A DNA stretch of 64,000 nucleotides. It comes from Squalus acanthias (taxonomy: Eukaryota). The notes under the pieces were generated by a model. It worked only from the letters and a program-made list of their open reading frames with translations, did not search any database and was not told where the DNA came from. Numbering within the stretch: the first letter of the stretch is position 1; every line of letters begins with the position of its first letter. Shown here piece by piece: positions 25,286 through 39,131 of this stretch. The stretch spans positions 59,770,001-59,834,000 of the forward strand of contig CM059432.1 in the NCBI GenBank assembly GCA_030390025.1. The letters run 5' to 3'. The translations under genes were made by a program, and so were the position numbers.

Positions 25286-26862
25286 GGGCTAGAAATTTGT
25301 TAGAACCAAGAAATGGGCAGTGTTTAGACTAAAAATGGTTAAGTACCGCCACCTGAAAATTGTCTAGGCTGCACGCAAAATTCATCCTCACCTCTCATTA
25401 AAATGATTGCAGTCATGATTCTCATCTAAAAACCCAAGCTCATTGGCGTTACACTGAAAAGATGGATCAATATCGGTGGGAGTCTAAACGCAAGTAATGA
25501 TTGCCACAGGCTTTTTTCACTACTTAAAGGGAAGGTTCATTGATGCTGCAGCACCTCATTCTCAGTATTGTTGGTTGTTCAGCTGCCTCAACAACTATAA
25601 GAAGGACAAGGAGAAGGAGCACTTATTTACAAATCCTGATGGCAGATCGCTGCCCCAGGAAGAGCCTGCAGGTTTTCCGATGAAGCTTTGGAGGCATTGG
25701 TTTTAGAGGTGGAGAGAAGGCGGGCAGTCCTGTACCCGCCAACTGGCAGGAGGCCCTCGCCACAAGTCTGCCAGACTATGTGGAGGGAGGTGGCACAACA
25801 TGTCACGGGCAGCACTGTGGTTCCCAGGTCCCACACACAGTGCAGGAAGAAGTTTAACGAGCTCACATAGGTGGTCAGGGTGAGTGAAGGCTTCAACAAT
25901 TGCTACATACCACCATCTGTACCATAAGTTTCACACACTGCTCAATGCACCACACCCACAGCACTCACCCACCAACAATCTCTACCTAGCAACACTCACA
26001 CCCACATCTCACACCTTGCACACAATGACAGCTATTCAACTATTGCAGGCACAAGGGTCATTAGTTATTAGAATTGATCTGATATGTGTGATAGGTTTAT
26101 AGATACATTTATTAATTGTGTTTGGAATATTTTGTGGTCTCTCTCATTTCACCTTTGCGCCCAGGAGGACGCTGTGATATGGTGTGAGACAGGGATGGTA
26201 TGCTGGGGATGTGGTGAGCTACGGGGATCTGGGGTTTCATTCATGCGAATCGGAGTCTGATGAGCCGGTCATGGACAGCCCGTCCGGAAGGCCGATTGTC
26301 TGGCTGCCTCCGCCGTAGATCCTGGAGGGCAAGGTCCACTGCCAGTGCAGCCCCCATGACTTTTAGCAAGTGTTGTAGGTTGAAGCTTTTCAGAAATAAT
26401 TATGGAGTTTTACACTTGCCACAACATTCCCTGATAACAAAGTACATTGAAATGAATAAAGAAAACTCTTTCAGTAGCAGGAAGTAGTACACAGCCACTC
26501 AAACTTCAAAAACCTATCAGATCCGAGTGATTGGTGATGATCCCTTTAAATAGCGTCGCTGGAGCCGGCTTCCTGCTGCTGCACGCCACCTGAAGCCGTC
26601 ATTGTTTTCTCCAGCTGGTAAGTTCATTGGCTGTAACAAAGTTGGGAGTTTGGGCGTCAAGTGAGCATTGCACACTCACTGACATCACGATCTCCGTGAT
26701 GGCGAGGCCCCTGGCGAGCGCGTTCAGAGGCAGCGCTACCTGCAACACCGATATGGCGTGCGGCTCTGGAACCGGCATCAGGTGGCGTTAAAGCTCTCAA
26801 TGGTGTTTTAGCGCCATCCCGTGGCGCTAACGTGTGGCGCAAACCACACAAATTTCTCGCCC
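25286..26862 (+). mobile_element. Internally deleted Harbinger-type element
   Basis: TIRs GGGCTAGAAATTTGT / ACAAATTTCTCGCCC; perfect AGT TSD (25283-25285, 26863-26865); Myb exon 1 remnant (LEVERRRAVLYP...QCRKKFNEL) and fused transposase ends. Confidence 0.92.
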
Positions 26863-26865
26863 AGT

Positions 26866-27259
26866 GACTTTACAAAATATAGATGTAAATTACTGAACAA
26901 AAGTTAAATGCAGACAAGAATTATTTCCAACTGTGCAATAAAATTAAATCACACAGCATTTTTAAAGTTTTTATTTAAGTATGTTTTCAACAGACAAGCT
27001 TCATTTGCACTTTCTTATCCTGTACAAAATTTACATATTGTTATATTCTACTACATCAGTTATTTTACTTGGTCATGCCTTTCTTCTGAAAGATACAAAG
27101 ATTTACATAACATTATTTTCATAGTCATAAATTACCATAGTAAAAAAGCACATTTCAAACATTAAATATGTTTGGGAGTAAGAATTCAGTATTTTGCCCG
27201 ATATCATTTAAATAAATTGTCTCAGTGTTTATATTAATGTTGTGAACTGACAAATTGTT
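26866..27259 (-). other. KLHL14: Proximal KLHL14 3' UTR with candidate polyadenylation signal
   Basis: AT-rich non-repetitive sequence after the TAA; AATAAA on the minus strand at 26970-26975; bounded by a Harbinger insertion at 26862. Confidence 0.55.
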
Positions 27260-27400
27260 TTATTTATTATATGGCACACAGGTTGGCAATGTAACAGTTG
27301 CACATGCTGGGCCAGCTAGTGGCTCAGCAACTTCCCCTTCCAGTTCTGTCCAAGTGGCTTTCTCAGGGCTGTAGCAAATTGTAGATGATTTGTAGGCCCC
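27260..27400 (-). CDS. KLHL14: Kelch-like protein 14, last coding exon with stop codon
   Basis: Translates GAYKSSTICYSPEKATWTELEGEVAEPLAGPACATVTLPTCVPYNK*; acceptor attacag, phase 0; matches the recalled KLHL14 C-terminus. Confidence 0.96.
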   Translation of the reverse strand, partial: GAYKSSTICYSPEKATWTELEGEVAEPLAGPACATVTLPTCVPYNK

Positions 27401-28875
27401 CTGTAATATCAAGCACAGCATTTCAAACTAACACATATGCTTTCAAATTCCAAGAAATCCACATCTCTTCTATACCACATCTTGACCTGAACTTACATTG
27501 TCTATATGTGACCAGGTCAGTTGATTACTAAAAATATAAATGGTATTCCACCCTTCTTGTACAGGGTATTCAGTTTATTACAATAAATATCTTTATATCA
27601 TGTGAGTCATATCCTGAGTCTGCAGATAAGGGACAAAGCAATCCAGCACTTGACCCCCTGTTTAATGGCTGCTGAAGTTGAGGTGCTGCACAAGGCAATT
27701 GTTGGGGAAGGTTACCCTGTATGCCACTCCATGGTGAGCATTGTAGCTTATCTGCTAGGAAGTGCAGCCAAGTTTCAACTGATCTACTGTCTCTGCATAT
27801 GCAAGTCCTGTGCTGCATGGCCACCTAGGCCTCTCTTCTGACCCAGACCATGAGAAGACAGGTGCCCACATCATTCCCAGGTAGGCATGCCAGGGCCTGC
27901 AGAAATAGATGATGATATCTGGGTGGGTGTAGCCAATCAGGCAGTGCTGCCCTGGCATGCTTTCTTTCATGGCAATACTACCTAAAGCATGACATGCTAT
28001 GATTAGGGTGCTTCTGAAGAACACTGCTGCACAGCTAACTAGAACATTGTGGTTCTGGATTGCCTCTCGGGCTGATCTGAAGTCAGGGCTTCCATTGTTT
28101 CCAATAGAGCTGCTCTGGGGGTTATGGGGCCCTCCTCACCAGTGACACCATAAAGCAGCATAGTAAGGAGGAAGGCCTGCGCCTGCATGCAGCTCGGAAA
28201 GTGGACGTTTTTATGACCATGTTATATTAAGTTCTTCTAAGTACATTATTTTTCTCTATAAAATAGGGGAGTACTTTGAACAAAAAGAACTCCACTAGAA
28301 TTCAACTTTAATATGGTATAAATGCTCAGTAAGATGGATACACCTTTTGGTTTAGCTTTTTAGGAACAGGACATATCGCTGTTTTCAGTAAAATACACTG
28401 ATGCATCATTATGGGTCATAATAACGTCATGAAAAGCAGTGAAAAAAATCATAAAATTACACAAAGAAAATCTTTTGAATGATAGCTGTACTTGCAGTTT
28501 GTAAAAAGAAATCTACTTCTAGTTTATGTTCACATATTATCTTTTGTACTTTAACGCTGCCTTTGTCCCCAAAATTCAATAGTTTATTGCAGTTTATCTA
28601 CTTTTAAAGGCCGCTGAATGTCACCAGTATTTCTGCACACAGACACCATTTGGTGCATCCATTGTAATCCAAATTATTTGGTAATACCTGTTAAATAACA
28701 CTAGGTGGTGCAATGTCTACAGATTAAAAAGAACACACAATTCAAAAAGGGTTTCTTGTTATAACTATCTTGCAGAAGTAAGGCCACATATTAGAGCCAT
28801 CCAAGAGCCTGACTGGATTGGTCCTTATCTTTTTTTTTGTCATTTAGAGTAATGGTCTTGAGTCTAAAATTTAGT

Positions 28876-29038
28876 GGGGGTAAAATTCCACTTTGGCGGC
28901 GGTGCAATACGGGCCATAGTGGATCAGTTGCCTGTTGTACACCCCGTCTGATTTTCATTTCCATTGAAGTGAATGGAATGGGTGGAGTGTGTCTGCTATC
29001 GTCCGTTTTGCAAACTGCTGGAGTTGAATTTCACTCCC
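28876..29038. mobile_element. Harbinger-type MITE (163 bp)
   Basis: TIRs GGGGGTAAAATTC / GAATTTCACTCCC; AGT TSD on both sides. Confidence 0.75.
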
Positions 29039-30522
29039 AGTGATTCCTGTTCTATGTTAACCAAATTATGTCTGTGTGTAGTAAAACTAGTCTTGCTGTA
29101 ATTGGTACTAATAAGATGGCTAAAAAGAGCTGACAATTCAATTTTCTCTGTATAACTGATCTAAAGAATTAATCTGATATACATCATCATCTAAATATAA
29201 ATCTAAAATCATTTTATTTTAAGTACTGTAGTTTTGTTTACTAACTTAAGCATAGAGAAAAAATCATTCTTCCCACTAAGCCTGTTCCTTCAACAGAACC
29301 TGTATAATTCACCCTGTCAGACATTCTGTTTCACCATTTAATCACCTGAGGAAAAGTTTGCCCTGCCCTTCTCTCCAATCCAAAGATACGTCAATCAAAA
29401 CTCGAGAATACCAATCTAATCTTGCATTGTAAATCAACGATCTGTTGCTTTTCTCTTATTGGCATTTTGGCAGTTTAAGAATATAACATTTAGGTCTATA
29501 ATTCAGTCATGATAATTGTTTTGTAAAATCATCTCTAATTTTTCTCTGTCCATTTTCTCCCCTCCCATCTCTCTGAAAGAATTTGCTCCTTGCTGGGATG
29601 CTGTTCCATATGTCGTGCCTAGCACCTTTTTTAAAGCTGCCAATTGACACAGGATTAACTGCTTTCGATGAGAGTTTATTCCACAATTCACTAATCTATG
29701 AAAAACATCCTTCTAATCTCAAAACTTACTTGTTAAGTATGTGCTCTTGTTCACTAGTTCTTCGCTCACAGTTCAAGTTAAATAATTTGCTTACATCTAC
29801 ATTATTCCTTCCTCTCATTGCTTTAAAAACCTGGATCATGTCCTTTATCAAGATTCTCTAATGAAAACAATTGACTTCTGTGAATCTCTTTCATAATGTA
29901 CAATCCATAAACATTCTCCTTGCTCTTCGGTCCAACACATCAATAACATTTTGTAAATAGTATGAACAGTTCAAAGTTGGAGTAACTTGTTTCAACTTAT
30001 AAGCAAATCTCTTTGAAATGCATCCTGGTTTAAGCTGCTTTAATATTGCTGTACTCCAGTTAAAAAAAGTCTTTCTGCATATTGGCCTTAGTAAATACAG
30101 GAAAATTACTTTGGTTTTGCTGGCAACTGCACATAATTCACACATTAGGAGCTCACAATGCTGACATGAGACTTAGCCCAATATAAATGCAGCTAATAAC
30201 AGCTTTTCATTGTCTGGAACTTGTCCTTGAGTGGTGAAATAACTTTCCTTTCTACCTTTGCTAACAGAGACCCTTCAATGTCTGCATTTTTCATGGTTTC
30301 TGCTCCAATATATATTACATTACATTTGTTTCTACACAAAAGTCCGTCTGCCGTCCTTTACCCAACCTACATAACTGGACTGATCTTGTATCTTTCTGAA
30401 AATGTATTCAGATATTTAGATCACATCTAATGTTTTGGTCGTAAAATTAATATAAATTTCATTAAAATTATTTGGTAACTTAAGAAATTCTTTAGGACTT
30501 AATGGCTGCTCAGCAGTCAGTG

Positions 30523-32556
30523 AACATAAGAACATAAGAAATAGGAGCAGGAATAGGCCACTTGGCCCCTCGAGCCTGCTCCGCCATTCAATAAGATCAT
30601 GGCTGATCTTGGGCTCAAAGCCACTTCCCTGCTTGCTTCCCATAACCCTTCACTCCCTTATCTTGCAAAAATCTGTCTATCTCCACCTTAAATGTATTTA
30701 ATGACCCAGCCTCCACAGCTCTCTGGGGCAGAGAATTCCACAGATTTACGACCCTTAGAGAGAAGAAATTCCTCCTCATCTCAGGGCGACCCTTTATTCT
30801 GAAACTATGCCCCCGAGTTCTCGATTTCCCCACGAGGGGAAACATCCTCTCTGCATCTACTTTGTCGAGCCCCCTCAGTATCTTATATGTTTCAATAAGA
30901 TCACCTCTCATTCTTCTAAATTCCAATGAGTATAGGCCCAACCTGCTCAACCTTTCTTCATACGTCAACCCCCTCATCTCTGGAATTAACCTAGTGAATC
31001 GTCTCTGAACTGCCTCCAATGCAAGTATATCCTTCCTTAAATAAGGAGACTAAAACTGTATGCAGTACTCAAGGTATGGTCTCACCAATACCCTGTACAG
31101 TTGTAGCAGGAGTTCCCTGCTTTTATACTCCAACCCCCTTGCAATAAAGGCCAACATTCCATTTGCCTTTTTGATTACTTGCTGTACCTGCATGCTAACT
31201 TTTTGTGTTTCATGCACAAGGACCCCCAGGTCCCTCTGAACTGTAGCATTTTGTAATCTCTCTCCATTTAAATAATAATTTGCTTTTTTATTTTTCCTGC
31301 CAAAGTGTATAACCTCGCACTTTCTCACATTATACTCCATCTGCCAAATGTTTGCCCACTCACTTAGCCTGTCTATATCCCTTTGCAGATTCTTTGAGTC
31401 CTCTGCAAAACTTGCTTTCCCACCCATCTTTGTATCATCTGCAAACTTGGCTACATTACACTCGGTCCCTTCATCTAAGTCATTAATGTAGATTGTCAAT
31501 AGTTGAGGCCCTAGCACCGATCCCTGTGGCACCCCACTAGTTACCGTTTGCCAACCGGAAAATGACCCATTTATCCCGACTTTCTGCTTTCTGTTAGTTA
31601 GCCAATTCTCTATCCATGCTAATATATTACCTCCAACTCCGTGAGCTCTTATCTTATGCAGTAGCCTTTTATGTGGCACCTTATCGAATGCCTTCTGGAA
31701 ATCCAAATACACCACATCCACTGGCTCACCTTTATCTACCCTGCTCGTTACATCCTCAAAGAACTCCAGCAAATTTGTTAAACATGATTTCCCTTTCATA
31801 CAACCATGCTGACTCTGCTTGACTGCATTATGAGTTTCCAAATGCCCTGCTACCGCTTCCTTAATGAAGGACTCCAGCACTTTCCCAACGACAGATGTTA
31901 GGCTAACTGGTCTATAGTTTCCTGCTTTCTGTCTCCCTCCTTTCTTAAATAGGGGTGTTACATTTGCGGTCTTCCAATCCGCTGGCACCTCTCCAGAGTC
32001 CAGGGAATTTTGGTATATTGCAACCAATTATTCCACTATCTCTGCGGCCACTTCTTTTAAGACCCTGGGATGCAGGCCATCTGGTCCAGGGGACTTGTCG
32101 TCTTTTAGTCCCATTATTTTACCAAGTACTTTTTCCTTAGTGATAGTGATTGTCTTTAGTTCCCCTGTGGCCCCTTGGTTATCCATTATTGGGATGTTGT
32201 TAGTGTCTTCTACTGTGAAGACAGATACAAAATATTTGTTCAGAGTCTCTGCCATTTCCCCGTTCCCCATTATTAATTCCCCATTCTCATCCTCTAAGGG
32301 ACCAACGTTTACTTTAGCTACTCTCTTCCTTTTTATATACCTGTAGAAGCTCTTACTATCTGTTTTAATATTTCTTGCCAGTTTACTCTCATAATTCATC
32401 TTCTCTCTCTTTATTATTTTTTTAGTCATCCTTTGCTGGTTTTTAAAAATTTCCCAATCCTCTGGCCTCCCACCAATCTTGGCAACATTGTATGCCTTCA
32501 TTTTCAATTTGATACCATCCTTTACTTCCTTAGTTAGCCACGGATAGTGCTCCATA
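30523..32556 (-). mobile_element. CR1 LINE, 5'-truncated, RT region largely intact
   Basis: ORFs 32028-32564, 31050-32027 and 30615-31019 with NYRPVSLTS, YLDFQKAFDKVPH and KFADDTK; ttcttatgttcttatgtt tail. Confidence 0.95.
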
Positions 32557-33032
32557 GATTCCACAATTCATCCACTAAAAGTAGACTGTTTATTAAAATC
32601 TAGCAATCTGATGAACTGGTATATAGGGATTAATCCTGGATCAAGTCTCCATTTTAAGAATATTTTACTGGTGCATTCAAGAGGCCCATTTCAAATTCAA
32701 ACCGGCACTTCAGACTTTCATATATAACAATTTAACTACCAGGATAATGTCTGAATATGTAGGTTCGATGATGGAAGAAGAGACCAAAATCTGGTTAATC
32801 CTATGCTTTATTCAGCTCTCTGTTCCCTATACATTACTATATTCTAGTAAAGATCCCTTGCATTTGGATGTTTTGCCCATTGTAGCAATCAGATACAGAA
32901 ACAACAGGCAAAAGCTAATAAGTAAACCAAAAAATAATGGTAATGTATAAATATGTAAAACTGGACAGGCATTTGGTGGTTGGAAAGAAATAGCAGATTG
33001 TAATCTTGAGAAGAAGTAATAGTTTGACCTAA

Positions 33033-34168
33033 AACATAGGAACAGGAATAGGCCATTTAACCCCTCGTGCCTGTTCCGCCATTCAATGAGATCATGGCTG
33101 ATCTGCGACCTAACTCTATATACCTGCCTTTGGCCCATATCTCTTCGTACCTTTGGTTAACAAAAATCTATCAATCTCAGATTTAAAATTAACAATTGAT
33201 GTAGCGTCAATTGTCCTTTGCGGCAGAGAGTTCAAAACTTCTACCACACTTTGTGTGTAGAAGTGTTTCCTAATTTTACTCCTGAAAGGTCTGGCTCTAA
33301 TTTTTAGACTATGCCCCCTAGTTCTAGACACCCCAACCAGCGGAAATAGTTTCTCTCTATCTACCCTATCTGTTCCCCTTAATATTTTGAAAACTTCGAT
33401 CACATCACCCCTTAACCTTTTAAATTCTAGGGAATACAACCCTAATTTGTGTAATCTCTCCTCGTAATTTAACCCTTGGAGTCTAAGTATTATTCTGGTA
33501 AACCTACGCTGCACTCCTTCCAAGGCCAATATATCCTTCCTAAGGTGTGGTGCCCAGAACTGCTCACAGTACTCCAGGTGTGGTCTAACCAGGGCTTTGT
33601 ATAGCTGCAGCATAACTTCTACCCCCTTGTACTCTAGTCCTCTAGATATAAAGGCCAGCATTCCATTGGCCTTTTTGATTATTTTCTGTACCTGTTCATG
33701 ACATTTTAATGATCTATGTACTTGGACCCCCAAGTCTCTTTGGACCTTCACTGTTTTTAACTTTTTACCATTTAGAAAGTACCCTGTTCTATCCTTTTTA
33801 GGTCCAAAATGGATGACCTCACATTTGCCTACATTGAAATCCATTTGCCACAGATTTGCCCATTCACTTAATCTATGGATATCCCTTTGTAATTTTATGC
33901 TTTCATCTACATTGTCTACAATGCCGCCTATCTTTGTGTCATCAGCAAATTTGGATATATGGCTTTCTGTCCCATCATCCAAGTCGTTAATAAATACAGT
34001 GAATAGTTGAGGCCCCAACACCGATCCCTGCAGGACACCACTAGTCACATCCTGCCAATTAGAGTACCTGCCCATTATCCCTACTTTCTGTCTCCTGCCC
34101 CTCAGCCAATTTCCTAACCAGGTCAATAATTTGCCTTCAATTCCACGGGCTTCTACCTTAGTTAACAG
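33033..34168 (-). mobile_element. CR1 LINE 3' portion
   Basis: ORF 33116-34258 is the RT C-terminal half; CR1 3' UTR follows. Confidence 0.95.
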
Positions 34169-34928
34169 TGTGAGAAGTACTGGTAGAAAAGTGCAGGTAA
34201 CAATAAAATACAGTTGTTTAGAAATGCTGCTTTGTACGTGTGATTTGAAGTAGTCCACAAGAGTATCACTGAAGTATTACAGCAAAGGCCCCTAAAGAAA
34301 AGGAGGTGGCCAGGTTAGTGAGTGCCAACGGATAGACCTCTCACCAATCAAAACAATGGGGGATGGCAGTATTTACCCACCCCTGGACAAATCCATTTCA
34401 ACCTAAAGAGACATTTCTTCAAGATGTATCCAGTGAAGAAACTGGTGATTCTGTACTCTTCCCCACTTGGGAGTTACCCTAGCCACATCCATCAGTATAG
34501 TAATCGCTAGACAGGAGTCTATCCAAAGTGATTTGTCACCAGCAGTCAAAAGAACTGAAGGAGCCAAAAGCGATGGTTGTTAGCCACAATAAGTCCTGAA
34601 ACCCCATACTAAAACTGAATTTCATAAGCTTAACAATAATGAAAATAGTTATAAACTTACAAATTTAAGTTGAAGGCTGACCTGACATATAAAATTGGGT
34701 GGGGGTTATTGTCATCTGGTGACAGGAAAGAAATAGCAGTATTGCAATCTGGCAAGGAAGTGCTAACTTGACTTGGACCTGTGAAGTGGCAGGTATTGGT
34801 AGCAAAGCACAGGCAATGAGAAAAGATTTGCTATTGTTCAGAGCTGCTGCCTTATATGTGTGATTTGAAATTGCCCAACACAATTATTATTGAAATATTA
34901 CAAAAATATTGTATCAAATCCATCTCAC

Positions 34929-35086
34929 CATACTCCAGCTGTAGCCACCAACAAGGTAAATATTGTCGTCCAGCACTGCGCAGCCTGGACCACTGCGACC
35001 CTCCAAGATAGGAGTTTGCAGAATGTTCCATTGGTCACATTTAGGGTCATAACATTCAACGAGCATAACATCAAGATGTGAGAAAC
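34929..35086 (-). CDS. KLHL14: Kelch-like protein 14, penultimate coding exon
   Basis: Translates (G)FSHLDVMLVECYDPKCDQWNILQTPILEGRSGPGCAVLDDNIYLVGGYSWSM; acceptor ttggtctag, donor ATG|gtgaga; 158 nt, phase 1 to 0. Confidence 0.96.
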
Positions 35087-37633
35087 CTAGACCAAAAGAA
35101 GCATTTTGAATCAAAGTAATGAGCTGAGAACAGTTTTGCTTGATACAGTTGTTGACATAGCTGCTTATTTCAGCACAGCTCTTAAAGAGAAAGGTGTATA
35201 AGATACTCTGGACTGACCTAATGATGAGTTACTGGTCCAATTTAGTCATATATTTCCACTTAAAGCAGAGGGATGGTATGGGGAAGTATTTTCAATTTGA
35301 AAAAAAGCTAAAAATATTGAAGGAAGAGTTCCTCTGTGTGCTATGTGCAGCAAAATCCTAAATGTGTTTTTAATCAAGAATTTATGATTTCATTAGACAT
35401 AACACACAGAAGAAATCTTCCCCAGCTATCTTCTACTTCATAGTGGCCATGTTCATTATTTTCAGTTTAATGATTAGATTTCACTCTTACAGAGACGCAC
35501 CATTTTTGGATCTCCATCTGCAGTTGTAGCTGCTCTCGTGATGTATATTGCTAGGGGAGAATGGGGAGGGCACATGTCTAAGAGTGACTTTGTTTATTTG
35601 CAGAGAAATCAGTCCTTTGACCACCTGAAAAATAAAACAAGTAAGCAAAGCTGGTACTAACTTTCCCAGCTCAGATATCTCTGGATTGGCTCCCAGCTGG
35701 AAGGAAGCATTGTTTTCTGAATGAGTTAACAGGCCATTGCTATTATATGTCACAATGGCTCCAAACACAAGTGGAGACTAGATATGGAGATGAAATTACT
35801 TATTAATCAAAGTGCTTCATATAATTACATACATTTATGGAGTATTTGGTTCTGTAACAATTCCTTCTAGTCTCTCCTTTAAGCATAATTGCCTGGAATT
35901 TCTGTGGGAATTCTCCAGTGGGAGAGTGACTGAACCCTGGAGAAAGTGTAAATGGCTAAAAATGGCTGTTTGTGCTGTTTCTCAAGGTTTTCTGCCGATC
36001 TTCCATCAAAGGAGATCAGGAAAGCCCCCCCAGAAATTCAGTGCTGTTAGTTTACTATATTCATACAAATATTAATAAATTATTCCCTTGATACAGAGGG
36101 TTGCTAACAGAATTTAAGGGTTAGCCCCGTGTTTCTCTCCCACTGTAAAGCAGGGGAATTTCATTTGCACATTAAGCCTTAAATAATGTATGCTTTTGCT
36201 AGCTTCTTGTATGCTCATTGTTTTCAATGTCCTCAATATATTCTCTTCTCTATTTTCCATTGCATATATTTTAATAGTTAATAGCTGATAATTATTTAAT
36301 CTTCATCGATCTGCATACCTTCCTGGTTTGAAAAGTGCAGCAGTAATAATTACCATTAGTATGTACCATAAATGTCCTTTCAGGAATCAATTTTACAGGG
36401 TACATTTTCTGACAGGTGCTCTAGGCAGGTGAGACCTTGGGGTTGGAGCGCACAATTAGAATATATTGATGGACTCGTGGAACTGAGTCAAAAATATTGA
36501 AATGGATCGAATTATTCATTTGGTAAACTAATAGAACAGGGACAGTTCAAAACGTGCTATGCTTTCCAGCTATGGATGTGGTCCAGTCTAGAAAGAGATA
36601 TATCAGGCACTAATTTAGCAGTGAAGCGCATTGGTACTCTGTCCAATAACCAGTCAGTAGCAACTGCAATTAGGTAAGAATTCTATCTACCTTGTTGTAT
36701 GTTGTATTGCAGGCCAAGGCTCTTAGAGTGTCACTATTGTACAGACCACAACCTACATGTCCCATTGTTCTATTTTTTCTTTACTATGGTGCCTTTTGTT
36801 CCTACTAGATTAATTGAAGGATGAAAAATAAAGAGGCTTATATTTTGGACTGGTGCTGGGACCCAGGAAAATTCAGTAGATTGCCCTGTCAGCAGTAGAG
36901 AGTTATCTTCCTTTATACAGTTTGTGTGCTGGCAGCAGCAGGATTACAATTGAGTATCACACTCACTGACGGGGCACTATCAGTATAAAAGTGGCTTTTA
37001 ATAATGTGGTAGTGGATCTCCCGTCATGTTGCTGACAAGACGTCAAATGAACTGAGCTATAGCCATGAAAATTTATTATGTAAATTAAATCCTATTAATT
37101 ACCATGGTCTTCCCCGAAAATTTATAAATTAAATGAAAATGTGACTATTTAATGGAATGGGGTTGTTGTAAAATTTATTGATTACATAAAAGCAGCGGCT
37201 GTTTGATAGTAATTGGGCCGCTAGTTAATCAAATTGGTTTGTGGAAATTTATTAATAAAATGGGTGGTTATGTCATAGAAAAGGTTTGCTCAAAAGTGTA
37301 TTCATTTAATAAAAGAAGGAACTAGAACAGGCTTCCATCAAAGTCATTAAATAAGAGCAGGAAATCGAACAGGACTGTACTAAAATGTATTAATTAAATT
37401 AAAGTGGAACATGTAAGTAAGAAGTGAAAAATAAGTGACCTAAAATGTATTTTTTAAATAACAACAGTAAATTGAATAGGGCTGGCACAATGAAGTAATT
37501 TAATGTGGAGTGGACTGTGAATAAGCTATAAACTATGCTGATTAATTGTAGTAGAAATTAATTAATTTGAAATAGATAAGTAGAGGTTGCACAAAGTGGG
37601 GCAGAGAGGGTGATTACAGCAGCGGGTCTGAAA

Positions 37634-37729
37634 CAATGTTCCCTGTAATTTTTTTTGGTGCGTAGGCCCTTTAACTGGCTGCGGGGCCCATTCAATTTTT
37701 CGTGCATGTGCAGCTTAGCAGGAACGTTG
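37634..37729. mobile_element. hAT-type MITE
   Basis: TIRs CAATGTTCC / GGAACGTTG; 8-bp TSD gtctgaaa / gtctgaag; longer relative at 39568-39731. Confidence 0.75.
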
Positions 37730-37874
37730 GTCTGAAGCCCAATTTTCAGCAGCATTATTAGCTGAAATGGAACACAAAGACAAGAAGGGGCAAAGTCGCA
37801 GCAGTGATGTGGAAGTGAGGATGGGAAGCCAGAAGAAAAATCGTGAGGGAAAGTATACAAATTTAAAAGATATT

Positions 37875-39131
37875 GGGCTAAAACTTTTCAGGTTTAGCGC
37901 TGGCCGTTACCACCCGATTCGTGGGAAAAAATGACGGCCGCCACACTTCTGCCCGCTGTCGGCGGGTCCCATGGTAGCCGCCATTTTCGGCATGCTGCAG
38001 TTGCCTGCGCTCGCCGAAAGTATTGTAATGAGTCGGAGCGTGACGTCAATCGCCGTGCAATGCTGAGTTGACGCCCGCTCATCCATTTCGGATGTCGCTG
38101 CTCCTATTGTGGCCCTCTCTAAAGCACGCCAGTCCGTGCAGCTGCTAAAAGCACTTCAGCAGCGTTAACGGCAATGAGGAGTCTGGCAGGTCTTGGCAGA
38201 ATGTAGACGAGGATGAAGGTTGACAAGTACAAAACACCTCAGATGGATGCCAGAACTTCAAATGCCCACATTGCCAAGGTTCTTCTTCTATACTTTCATT
38301 TTCTGCCCATCGGTGGGAGGGGGGGCGGAGGGGGGTGGTTGCATTTTCTGGTGGCTTTCCAGGAGGCCTGCAGTGTTTGTGGGTCAGTAAATCAATGGGT
38401 GAAACCTTGTGGAACAAGCTTTTAATTCAGAACTGAACACCTGCACAAAACTGCAAATCCCTCGGCGAATTCCCAACAAATAAAAGAAACAAATTCCTAA
38501 AGAGCATCAGATTGGCTAGAACTCCATTGCAACGTTTGAAGATCATCTCTGATAAGATCTCTTTTATCTTTATGATAGCATCACCAGAACGCCACCTCCT
38601 AGTAAATCTGGACTCAACTGCTCAAGATTTTAAGAAATTATAATTAATTTATTCAAAATTCCATAACCAATTATGTATCAAATAATTATTTTGTGTTGAG
38701 TATGCAAGACCCACTAAAAGCTGGCATGATTACTACACATTTAAACACTTTCAAGAGTGACCACTGGGGAAAGATTAGTGTTACAGAGAACGCGGATGCA
38801 TTCATTTCATGAACTATTAAAAAATCACCAAACATAGTTAATAATTGGGTGGCAGGTAATATTGTTGTAGCAAGTACGGCAACTGTTCTGTACATGGCCT
38901 ACAGGTTCGCGCCTTTCTTCCCTGTTCTCCTTCACTGCAAATCGGACACAGACGCGACCTATGGCTGCCTGCTGAGCTTAGTGCTGGAAAGAGCGCGTTA
39001 CACCACAAATTTTCCGCACCGCTGATGTTAATTAGCAGGCATCAGGCTGCCTGCGCTCTCTCGGCGGGAGGCCGTTAGCCTTGGCTGGCGCTGTTACCGG
39101 CAGGTCTCCAGCGTACTGGAATTTTTTGCCC
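37875..39131. mobile_element. Non-autonomous Harbinger-type element
   Basis: Ends GGGCTAAAACTTTTCAG / CTGGAATTTTTTGCCC; ATT TSD (37872-37874, 39132-39134); left subterminal region shared with 19095, 44550-44790 and 60200-60452. Confidence 0.85.
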
